The translations under genes and the position numbers were made by a program. Source: a virus. From it: 20,990 nucleotides of DNA. The notes under the pieces are model-generated. The model searched no databases. It saw nothing but the letters and a program-made list of their open reading frames with translations, and had not been told where the DNA came from. Location: IMG/VR virus record IMGVR_UViG_3300025131_000516; one strand, written 5' to 3'. This document shows positions 8,947-16,487 of this stretch, piece after piece (within the stretch, counting starts at the first letter, position 1; each line of letters opens with the position of its first letter).

Positions 8947-9223
8947 TATTTTTCTCCAATTCATCGCCTCTGTCTATAACTCTATAAATAAAGCCTTCAT
9001 TCATAATTTTTCTAAATATTGCGACACCTAAGTTATATCTAAATGTTTTTGAACGCAAATCACCTTCTTTATATTTTTCACAAATCTCTTCTATTATATC
9101 ATATATAGCAACCTTAGCTAATTCTAAATTCATATCTTCAGGCATATCACCTAAGTCTATTGGTTTTTTGTTTTTGATAATTGGGGGGTTGTTTAATCTA
9201 TCGATTGTTTCTTTGTTCTGCAT
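8912..9223 (-). CDS. Hypothetical protein (103 aa)
   Basis: AAAGGAG RBS before the ATG. Confidence 0.75.
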   Translation of the reverse strand: MQNKETIDRLNNPPIIKNKKPIDLGDMPEDMNLELAKVAIYDIIEEICEKYKEGDLRSKTFRYNLGVAIFRKIMNEGFIYRVIDRGDELEKNNERSNSDNKSD

Positions 9224-9241
9224 ATAATCTCCTTTTAACAG

Positions 9242-9270
9242 AATTTAAGGGATTATTAAGTCTTTGCCAA
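9242..9270 (-). promoter_or_regulatory. Putative sigma70-type promoter TTGGCA-17-TAAATT
   Basis: Same -10 hexamer as two other candidate promoters; lies just upstream of the RBS of the 103-aa gene. Confidence 0.35.
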
Positions 9271-9509
9271 CCAAGTATATCAACCTAAAGAACACTCAGT
9301 ACGCTCAATAATCCCCTAAGTTAAAATTTGAGCGGCTCACTTTTGAGGAGGGTATTGTGGAAGGGGTAAGCTAATCCGAGGTGTGATTAAAGCAAACCGC
9401 TCGTCTTAATTTAAGCAAAATAAGGATAGAGCCATAACATATTCTATCACGACACTTGTGTTATTGTTTAGGTTAACCTTTGTGGGAATACTGGCAATGC
9501 CTATCCTTA
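9246..9509 (-). ncRNA. Three tandem stem-closed structured RNA cassettes (73, 73 and 89 nt)
   Basis: Terminal inverted repeats 9246-9260/9304-9318 (15 bp), 9330-9337/9395-9402 (8 bp) and 9421-9429/9501-9509 (9 bp), separated by AT-rich linkers. The imperfect pairs are G-U on the - strand. Confidence 0.5.
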
Positions 9510-9516
9510 CTTTAAT

Positions 9517-10062
9517 TTAGAAAGGTACGTCAGATTTCATTTCTTCAGCTGACATAATACTGACTTTCCATGCAGTCTTTGTTTGTCCATCTTTGGTATA
9601 CTCCTCTTGTCCTAATTTAATAAGAACAGGTTTTCCAACTACATCATTCTCTTCTATTTCTCCAAGAATGGTTTCACCGTCATCGTTTGTATCAAATACA
9701 ATTCCCATATTTTCACAATGTTGTTGGTACTTTTTATTCTTCCAACCTTCACCTTGTCCTGGACTTGGTGTTAACCAAACTCCACCGCCCTTAAAAGGCT
9801 TTCCAGACATATATGATGCACTTATCATAACATCTGCACCTTCAGCGTCTGTCGTTTTAACTAATTGACCATCATCAAGAAACATTTTATTTATTTCTAA
9901 TTGACTGGCCTCAGTTGCTATAACATAGGTTAAATTGAAAACGATACTATCATTATATTCCATAGAAGCAAATTCGCTCACATGAGCAGGATATGTTCCA
10001 GGAACGATAGGTAATCTAGCAGAATCAGATTTACTGACTATTGTGTTTTCTAGACTTTTCAC
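9517..10062 (-). CDS. DUF669-like phage single-stranded DNA-binding protein
   Basis: 'LPIVPGTYPAHV' N-terminus, 'VVGKPVLIKL' strand and SSB-type C-terminal tail '...SDVPF'. GTG start with AAGGAG RBS; located in a recombination module. Confidence 0.65.
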   Translation of the reverse strand: MKSLENTIVSKSDSARLPIVPGTYPAHVSEFASMEYNDSIVFNLTYVIATEASQLEINKMFLDDGQLVKTTDAEGADVMISASYMSGKPFKGGGVWLTPSPGQGEGWKNKKYQQHCENMGIVFDTNDDGETILGEIEENDVVGKPVLIKLGQEEYTKDGQTKTAWKVSIMSAEEMKSDVPF

Positions 10063-10075
10063 TTTTACTCCTTAT

Positions 10076-10354
10076 TTATTGTTTAATTGTTGAGCGTTCA
10101 GTTGTATACTTTTTTAACAAAGTATTAAACTCATCTCTAAACTCAATCATTCGTTTACTATATTCACTATTATTCAATCCTTGAAAATATAACTGGGGAC
10201 ATACCCAATTCCCATCAGCAGTTTTCATATATTTTCTTACACCTCTTTTACGAGTACCAATTAATCCTGACTTTTGCATTTCTGCAACAGCTTTTTTAGA
10301 TAAGATACCTTTCTCTTTTAGCTCTTCGGCTTCTTTTACAGTTAGTTTACCCAT
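10076..10354 (-). CDS. Basic hypothetical protein (92 aa)
   Basis: TAATG-coupled to the upstream gene. Confidence 0.75.
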   Translation of the reverse strand: MGKLTVKEAEELKEKGILSKKAVAEMQKSGLIGTRKRGVRKYMKTADGNWVCPQLYFQGLNNSEYSKRMIEFRDEFNTLLKKYTTERSTIKQ

Positions 10355-10659
10355 TAATGGTTAACTCCTTCTTGGTTTGCAATCTCAACTTCAAGTAAAG
10401 CATCTGTATCAAAATCTCCTATTATAAACTCAGGTTTATATGGGTCTTCTATTACAAATGATTGATAGCTGGGATTGACAGTTAATCGTCTTTCGTCATT
10501 AGTCTTAAATACCATCATAGATTTTCCATGATATAACTTAGTTCCAATAAACTCAACCTGTTTAAAGTGAGCACCATCATTAGTACCCACGGTATAGATA
10601 ACACCCTTCTTAAAAAGGGCATCATCCCAAGCGTCATTATCTATCTTTAGATTTTTCAT
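10354..10659 (-). CDS. Hypothetical protein (101 aa)
   Basis: ATGA overlap with the DUF1071 stop; coupled downstream. Confidence 0.75.
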   Translation of the reverse strand: MKNLKIDNDAWDDALFKKGVIYTVGTNDGAHFKQVEFIGTKLYHGKSMMVFKTNDERRLTVNPSYQSFVIEDPYKPEFIIGDFDTDALLEVEIANQEGVNH

Positions 10660-11237
10660 GATTTGCCTTCTTTCATCATTCTTTTTAACTTTGATAGTGA
10701 ACCTTTGTAGTTAGTTCTGTTTACACTACCATCAGTTAAAGAAGTAGATACCTGTTCTTCCATTTCTTCAGAAATAGCAGCAGCTACTGAAATTAATTCA
10801 TCTTCTTCTGCTCGAGAAATTGGGTCTTCATGAGGCAAGTCTTCACCTGCATAAATATATAATCCCAATCCGTGCAGTGCTATTGCTTTAGCCAAGCATC
10901 TTTGTATTGATGTATTAACTTGAAATGCATTTGGTTTTTCTATTGTTTGATTACGATTATCTAATACTGGATGTACTTGAGTTCTATCTATACCATTAAC
11001 TGTTACGGTAACTTGAACAAAACATCCTGCTTCTGTTTGCATATACGGTTGGCAACTTACACCATCATAACCAAATTGGTGTATTTTCCATGTAGCATCT
11101 GGGGATACTTTTAATAACTCCCTAACTGCCCAGGCCCAACTTAGATAAGTAAATTGACCTTTCTTTTGTGTGTAATTATTTACATTTAAAGAATTAAGTT
11201 CACTAAATATGACATCAATCTCTTTTATATTACTCAC
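10656..11237 (-). CDS. DUF1071 / Sak3-like single-strand annealing recombinase
   Basis: 'KKGQFTYLSWAWAV', 'PVLDNRN', 'NTSIQRCLAKAIALHGLGLYIYAGEDLP', the hallmark motifs of this family. Confidence 0.88.
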   Translation of the reverse strand: MSNIKEIDVIFSELNSLNVNNYTQKKGQFTYLSWAWAVRELLKVSPDATWKIHQFGYDGVSCQPYMQTEAGCFVQVTVTVNGIDRTQVHPVLDNRNQTIEKPNAFQVNTSIQRCLAKAIALHGLGLYIYAGEDLPHEDPISRAEEDELISVAAAISEEMEEQVSTSLTDGSVNRTNYKGSLSKLKRMMKEGKS

Positions 11238-11460
11238 TCTTTTCCTCCTTTGGTGGTATTTTATTAATTAAATATCTGTTTAAAGGGTCTTCGCTATTCA
11301 TTGGATACAGGGTATAAACCTTTCTTCCATCCAATAATTGACCTTCAGCGAACTGTGGAGCAATATCTCCATAGCTATTACCTTCTTCATCAGAAGACAT
11401 ATCAACAACCGCATCAGGTTCAAAATGCATAAGATACCCCATTAATTCAGCAGCTGTCAT
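11230..11460 (-). CDS. Acidic hypothetical protein (76 aa)
   Basis: Overlaps both neighbours. Confidence 0.7.
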   Translation of the reverse strand: MTAAELMGYLMHFEPDAVVDMSSDEEGNSYGDIAPQFAEGQLLDGRKVYTLYPMNSEDPLNRYLINKIPPKEEKSE

Positions 11461-12173
11461 ACACCCTCACAGGCTGTCCCTTTATATGGACAATAATTAC
11501 ATTCCCAATTATATACAGGAGCATTGGTGCTTCCTGGACTAGGAACGGAATCTGCTAATGTTTCATTTAACTCTACCCAATATTCATAAGCATTATCTAA
11601 CCACATACTATCTATGGTTTGTAATTTCATACGAGAATCATCCTTTTTATACCAAAGGAGACATAACTCTACGTCTTCACATTCAAGCTCTCTTCCCAAG
11701 CCCATGCCATAAGTACCCAACTGCAATTGATAATTAACAGATGGTTTTGGGTCTATATTTCTTCCAAACACTTTTTTCCATTTAAATGAATGAGCAGTCT
11801 TTAAATCATACACAAAAAGTTTATCTTCTATTAAAAGATGTACACCTATGTCAAGATGACCAACTACATTCACATCAGGTAAAGTAATTCTCTTTTCTGA
11901 ATACAACTTTACTTGACTTTTATCAATATTTTTACTTTCTTCAGCTAACGCTTTTTCAATATCTGAATGAACAATTGTTCCCAGTCTAAGAACCCTCATT
12001 GTGCGTTCATCCATAGGTTTTTCATCTGTTCCTTTAGATTTTAAATGCTGTTTTATGAAGCATGAACCAGCTGAAGAAGCACTGTACCAACCCTTATAAT
12101 CTTTATATTTTTTAATATGATTTTTAGATTCGGACAGTAAATAGTCATGATATATTTGTTCTACATTTATCAT
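11457..12173 (-). CDS. Cas4-like PD-(D/E)XK exonuclease with probable 4Fe-4S cluster
   Basis: SASSAGSC, GTIVH, GHLD, YDLKT, YQLQLGTY and C-terminal WECNYCPYKGTAC, i.e. the 1+3 cysteine arrangement of Cas4/AddB-type nucleases. Confidence 0.85.
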   Translation of the reverse strand: MINVEQIYHDYLLSESKNHIKKYKDYKGWYSASSAGSCFIKQHLKSKGTDEKPMDERTMRVLRLGTIVHSDIEKALAEESKNIDKSQVKLYSEKRITLPDVNVVGHLDIGVHLLIEDKLFVYDLKTAHSFKWKKVFGRNIDPKPSVNYQLQLGTYGMGLGRELECEDVELCLLWYKKDDSRMKLQTIDSMWLDNAYEYWVELNETLADSVPSPGSTNAPVYNWECNYCPYKGTACEGV

Positions 12174-12198
12174 TTGCTTACCTTATTTAACCCTTCTA

Positions 12199-12228
12199 AA
12201 TTTAATAATATACGAAGATAGAAGTCAA
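12199..12228 (-). promoter_or_regulatory. Putative promoter TTGACT-18-TAAATT driving the recombination module
   Basis: Near-consensus -35 in the intergenic gap upstream of the Cas4-like gene; same geometry as 17011-17040. Confidence 0.5.
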
Positions 12229-12294
12229 GGGTAGAATTTGGCATGACGTATTATTGTAGTAATTTAACAATATTTATCTATCTACCCCAACTTC
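12221..12294 (-). other. 74-nt stem-closed intergenic RNA structure
   Basis: On the - strand GAAGUUGGGGUAGA pairs with UCUACCCUUGACUUC (about 14 bp with G-U pairs and one bulge). Confidence 0.5.
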
Positions 12295-12301
12295 TCTAGC
12301 A

Positions 12302-12541
12302 CTACTTTTGAGACGGTACTAAATCGTCATTTAATTTGTAGGATGCAAACGATTTGCCATATTTACTTATTACTGTCTTAGTAACAATTTTATGACCCTC
12401 ATCCCTTAAATTCCATATGATAGCAGCTAATCTGAAGCAACCATATTGTTCTAAGGCATCTAAAGAATTAATTTCTCTTCCACTTCTTAAATGCTTTAAT
12501 ACGTTATCTTTTTGAGTATGTATTTCTCTTATCTTTAACAT
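12302..12541 (-). CDS. Winged helix-turn-helix protein (HTH_39-like)
   Basis: 'QKDNVLKHLRSGREINSLDALEQYGCFRLAAIIWNLRDEGHKIVT' matches the phage HTH_39 pattern (Q..IL..L..G..IT..EA...G..RL.A.I..LR..G..I.T). Confidence 0.8.
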   Translation of the reverse strand: MLKIREIHTQKDNVLKHLRSGREINSLDALEQYGCFRLAAIIWNLRDEGHKIVTKTVISKYGKSFASYKLNDDLVPSQK

Positions 12542-13167
12542 ATTTCAAATCCTCCACTCTGTTGACAAAATGTAGCAAATGCTTTAACATTATCTACATT
12601 AAATGGATAGTGAGATATCCAGTTTTCTTTACTCTGAGCTGTTTCCCATTGAGTACGATATGGTTCTGGATAATCAGCAGGTACTAAGTCATCACCATGT
12701 TTAGCTTTGCAATTTTTACTGATTTTATCCATTTCTTTTTTAACTTTTTTATTATGAACATCTGCTTTTGCTTTTGCTAATTCATATCTTCTATATACCA
12801 TATGAACAGTCCCATCAGCTAGATTTTCAGACAGTCTTTTTCCGATTTTTATAGCTTTATATTTTGCTATCTTTCTACCATCGTTATAATTTCCACCTTC
12901 CATATCTTTTTCACTCAAGAAATCATCACAAGTATTACATACAAAGTCCCATAACGGTCTCCACCACCATACATTGTTTCTAAAGTATCCACCTGGATTA
13001 TCTTCTTTAACTTTATCATCCAACTTAAAGTATAGATTCCTTTGCTTTTCAGTCATTTTATCATATTGCATCCAACCATCTTGTTCAAACTCTGATTTAA
13101 GTTTAGTCAACTGTAAAGGTTCTTTCTTATTATGTTGCGGATTTAATCCGTAAATGTCAAAACCCAT
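12535..13167 (-). CDS. Conserved-looking phage hypothetical protein (210 aa)
   Basis: AAGGAG RBS; motifs 'MGFDIYG', 'YFRNNVWWWRPLW' and 'NVKAFATFCQQSGGFEIC' that I recognise from uncultured phage proteins. Function unknown. Confidence 0.75.
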   Translation of the reverse strand: MGFDIYGLNPQHNKKEPLQLTKLKSEFEQDGWMQYDKMTEKQRNLYFKLDDKVKEDNPGGYFRNNVWWWRPLWDFVCNTCDDFLSEKDMEGGNYNDGRKIAKYKAIKIGKRLSENLADGTVHMVYRRYELAKAKADVHNKKVKKEMDKISKNCKAKHGDDLVPADYPEPYRTQWETAQSKENWISHYPFNVDNVKAFATFCQQSGGFEIC

Positions 13168-13358
13168 TGGTCTTTCTCCTTTTCATCGTTATATTTTTTA
13201 GATAATCCACTATAATTTTTTATTATCTTTGAATATATCTCTTCTTCTAATCCAGTGGCAGCTCGTGCTTCACTAGATAACATATTCCATGCTCCATAAT
13301 TTTGAACATCTAGATAAGATTCAAAATCATCTCTTGATACTTTTACGGCTTTAGCCAT
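13143..13358 (-). CDS. Small hypothetical protein (71 aa), possibly DUF5049-related
   Basis: AAGGAGG RBS; 'FESYLDVQNYGAWNML...TGL...IIKNY' pattern. The family assignment is tentative. Confidence 0.7.
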   Translation of the reverse strand: MAKAVKVSRDDFESYLDVQNYGAWNMLSSEARAATGLEEEIYSKIIKNYSGLSKKYNDEKEKDQWVLTFTD

Positions 13359-13385
13359 AATATTCCTCCTTATTAATTAAAGTTA

Positions 13386-13416
13386 GAACAGGGTCACCCC
13401 CACGGCAACCCTGTCC
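13386..13416 (-). terminator. 13-bp hairpin after the ParB-like gene (terminator/attenuator or processing stem)
   Basis: On the - strand GGACAGGGUUGCC-GUGGG-GGUGACCCUGUUC (3 G-U pairs), followed by UAACUUUAAUU, a weak U-tract. Confidence 0.5.
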
Positions 13417-13427
13417 CTTCGCATCAC

Positions 13428-14204
13428 CTAGACGAAACGTATGTAATCACCAGTAGAGTTAAAGTTATACAATTTCTCTAAAAGCAAGACATACGTTGTT
13501 GCATCAGGGCATTTAACTAATTTTTCACTCAAGTATTCCATCTTAGCCATCATTCTTTTATGGTTATAATTTTCTACCCTAGTGATGATTCTAAGCATAG
13601 CAAGCACAAAGCTTCGTGCCTTATAATACTTAAAATGACTTCCAAAGTCAGTAATCATTTCAATAATGTTATTAGCATCGGTAATGCTTCTTTCAATTTT
13701 AAAATGACCTTCTTTAAATGATGCCACAGCGCCTTTAGTGTTACTAACTAATAAAGCAATAACACAGTTGTGACTCCATCCACTCTTCCGTTTAAAACCA
13801 TCATAAATCTTATAATCATCATAAGTTCCTTTGCCTATTGTATTGGCTAAAGAACAATATTTATTTAGATAATTATCTAAGTTCCATGATTTAGATGTCT
13901 GAAGATATGCTAAATGTTCGGGCTGCAATACATCTTCTTCATCAATCATATAATATATAAAACTATCCTTATTTCTAGCAGTTACAAATCTATGCTGTCC
14001 GTCCCATATTTCGTGCTTTCCATTTGGATATGCTCCACTCGCATACTTCTTTTTAAGTGGCTTCACAATAATCGGGTACATATCTAACCTTTCACCAACA
14101 ATATTAAATGATTTATTTAAATTGTTAACATGAGTAGTCATAATATCTCGATTAATTTTGATAAATACAAATTTATCATAGTCTTTGGTCTTTTTAATTT
14201 TCAT
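13428..14204 (-). CDS. ParB/Srx-like N-terminal domain protein with DGQHR motif (258 aa)
   Basis: 'YPIIVK...HEIWDGQHRFVTA' is the ParB-N-like nucleotide-binding signature; preceded by 'KINRDI...HVNNL'. Confidence 0.75.
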   Translation of the reverse strand: MKIKKTKDYDKFVFIKINRDIMTTHVNNLNKSFNIVGERLDMYPIIVKPLKKKYASGAYPNGKHEIWDGQHRFVTARNKDSFIYYMIDEEDVLQPEHLAYLQTSKSWNLDNYLNKYCSLANTIGKGTYDDYKIYDGFKRKSGWSHNCVIALLVSNTKGAVASFKEGHFKIERSITDANNIIEMITDFGSHFKYYKARSFVLAMLRIITRVENYNHKRMMAKMEYLSEKLVKCPDATTYVLLLEKLYNFNSTGDYIRFV

Positions 14205-14326
14205 TATTTTAAACCTAACCTTTCTAGAAGTCTATAAATCCATGAAGTTCTACAATAGTTTTTCCATGCATTTAATATGACTTCAGCTTTTACATGTCTT
14301 TGACTTTGACATTTTTTAACAGTCAT
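14204..14326 (-). CDS. 40-aa protein MTVKKCQSQRHVKAEVILNAWKNYCRTSWIYRLLERLGLK (not in ORF track)
   Basis: ATGA overlap with the upstream stop and TAATG overlap with the ParB-like start; fills the gap exactly. Confidence 0.7.
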   Translation of the reverse strand: MTVKKCQSQRHVKAEVILNAWKNYCRTSWIYRLLERLGLK

Positions 14327-14601
14327 TCTTCATCATCCACTTCTTCTCCACAATCTTCACAGATATAATAAGTGGTGTACTGATGAACTTCGCTTCCATA
14401 GTACTCTTCAGCAACTTCCTTATTTCCAGTGTGTTCACACTTTTCATCCTTGATATCATCAGTATAAGAGGAGGAAGCTGCCCATCCAATTAAACTAAAT
14501 AATGATTGTATTTTATTATCATTTAAACTATCAAGCAATTGTTTATAAATGCCAACAGAATGAAGGGCATCTATCATAGTTATTCTATCATTTTTATCCA
14601 T
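14323..14601 (-). CDS. Hypothetical protein with C-terminal Zn-finger-like motif (92 aa)
   Basis: CEH...YICEDCG; acidic tail. Confidence 0.7.
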   Translation of the reverse strand: MDKNDRITMIDALHSVGIYKQLLDSLNDNKIQSLFSLIGWAASSSYTDDIKDEKCEHTGNKEVAEEYYGSEVHQYTTYYICEDCGEEVDDEE

Positions 14602-14603
14602 AA

Positions 14604-14888
14604 TTATACTTTCTTACTTTTATTTGGATTAGGATTAGGAATGAATCCTATAATTAATCTAATGGTTCTATATCCTTTATACTTTGCTCTAACCATTCTT
14701 TGCATAGCCTTCATAATATCTTCTTTGGTGATTTTTTTAAATCTTGGTATTTCCTTGAAATATTTACTTATTTCATACTTATGCTGATTACCATATATTT
14801 TATTTAACTTTATACCTCTTTGGATATATCCAATTATGTTAGGAGATTGTACTCTGTCATTGTTTTTTGTTACTTTAAAACTATACAT
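14604..14888 (-). CDS. Basic hypothetical protein (94 aa)
   Basis: AAGGG upstream of the ATG; 2 nt from the next gene. Confidence 0.65.
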   Translation of the reverse strand: MYSFKVTKNNDRVQSPNIIGYIQRGIKLNKIYGNQHKYEISKYFKEIPRFKKITKEDIMKAMQRMVRAKYKGYRTIRLIIGFIPNPNPNKSKKV

Positions 14889-14945
14889 TAGAAATTCCCT
14901 TTTTGTTAGTTAAAAAATGGTGCTTTGTTCATTGGCTTTGTACAT

Positions 14946-16487
14946 ACTCATGCCTCCGAGCTATACCGTATAGCTTGTCGTCTCCAAGACGCAGGTGACC
15001 TTTTTACTTTATTCACGCTAAATAAAGGTAGTCTAACTTCGTTCATTAGTTCTATGAGTTAGAACTGATTGCTTATGGGTATGTAAAGACGGTTTGCTCA
15101 CACTTACACCCTTATACTTCTCATATCATCTTAATTGCTGTAAATATCACCCTGAGACTACAGGTTGATGCGATAAGTCTTTGAGAGGATTATTGTTTCC
15201 CTCTTTTGTCCACTAATCTTGCGACTAGTATCCTATCAGACACAATGAGTAACGCTCATCACTCGTAACGGTTAAGTTGTATACACAGTTAATAACTGCA
15301 GTGCAGGTCTGCCGACCGCCTAATGACTTATAAAGCCAACCTGAGCTTTCACCATGAACACCGAGCCTTTCGAGCCCAGATGCACCTCATTGTTTCAGAG
15401 GTAGAGTGTCCTATGCTCTTAACCGTCAACAGACTGTTGATTTTCTTTATTATTATGAATATAGCAGGTATAGCCCGCCAATCTTAATTGGTAAAGAAGG
15501 GTATGGTGAAGGTTGTGCTGTTGATTGTAGACCTCACTCTTTCAAGCAAGTATACTACGACAACCTCCTATACCTATGTTTTGCGACAAACATAAAAATA
15601 TGGTCTTGACAACTATCATCTTATTCTTTCGATAAGATAACATATATCGACTATAAACAGCAACTGCTCGCACACTTATGCCATTTACTATGAGTTCTCT
15701 TATTGGTATTGCTACCTCATCGTACTTTACCCAAGCACAAATACAAGACTTAGCCGCTCAGAGAGACTTAACCGTAGACTTGTACATAACTCATTTGCAT
15801 ACTTAAATACTATAAATAGTATCGCTTATAACACCTCTTTGAGATGCTTCCACTTTATACCTATTTCTAGGTTTATCTAACGACCATATGCGGCCGATTA
15901 CCCGAAGGTAAAACTTGGAAATTTAATACAATGAATGATAATAACCAATGCCCATGATTTATGCTGGTAACTATGACCTAATCAGCGGTTACTGAAGGTT
16001 ACTTGTATTTCTACTCGTATTTCTACTCATTTCACCTTCAGCATACTTACATGGTTATTCCATTCAATGATACTATCATGAGCGGTCTGGTGATAAAATC
16101 ATTATCAACATAGCCTACCCATATAATAAATTTTTTTGGGCAAACTGCGGAAGAGACAATCTGCCCTAAAATGCTTCAACTGATGCAACTGGATGCGCCT
16201 TCACGATGGATAGGGTTTCCCAGGGGTCAAGATGATGCGAAAAATATCACTTAGCACTCTAATGTGTGGAAACAGGGCTATGTACGGGGTTTCCAATTCC
16301 GACTTCACCACCCACACTAAAGTACTAAGATTTTAAACTTTTCCTGGTATTTAAGTTAGTGCCCAGGTTCTATTAAAAGGTATATATATTAGAGATGAAT
16401 GTATGCTCGTATCATATACTCATTTTATGCTCATCTTATACATGAATATGTACTGAATATATATATAGCAGCATTGCTGCTGTCTGT
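14946..16487 (-). ncRNA. Candidate giant structured non-coding RNA region (about 1.55 kb)
   Basis: No credible long ORF in an otherwise gene-dense genome; more than 20 helices, with several GNRA and one C(UUCG)G tetraloop and G-U pairs reading on the - strand. Boundaries are approximate. Confidence 0.6.
16005..16028. repeat. 12-bp tandem duplication GTATTTCTACTC x2
   Basis: Read directly; on the - strand each unit contains GUA-GAAA-UAC. Confidence 0.85.

Noticed and set aside
9246-9509. tRNA cluster or CRISPR/mini-array, because units are 73-89 nt
   Set aside because: No shared repeat sequence, and no D-, T- or anticodon-arm geometry.
11457-12173. CRISPR-Cas adaptation module
   Set aside because: Only a solo Cas4-like nuclease is present; no cas1/cas2 or array, and the context is phage recombination.
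15152-15180. Group I intron R/S-like words (GAGACTAC ... ATAAGTC on +)
   Set aside because: Only about 14 nt separate them, too little for P3/P8; better explained as a simple local helix.
15406-15609. 67-aa + strand ORF in the non-coding region
   Set aside because: GTG start without an RBS, antisense to the operon, and overlapping helices that favour the - strand.
14950-15673. Group II intron (GUGCG at 15673-15669 on the - strand; AAGC...CGGAGG hairpin near 14955-14975 resembling domain V/VI)
   Set aside because: The hairpin lacks the upper GNRA stem, the AC bulge and the G-U pair of domain V; there is no bulged-A domain VI, no RT ORF and no interrupted gene.
16223-16310. tRNA/tmRNA-like element on + ending in ...GACTTCACCA
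   Set aside because: The acceptor stem is weak (two G-U pairs and a mismatch), there is no TTCRA T-loop and no cloverleaf.
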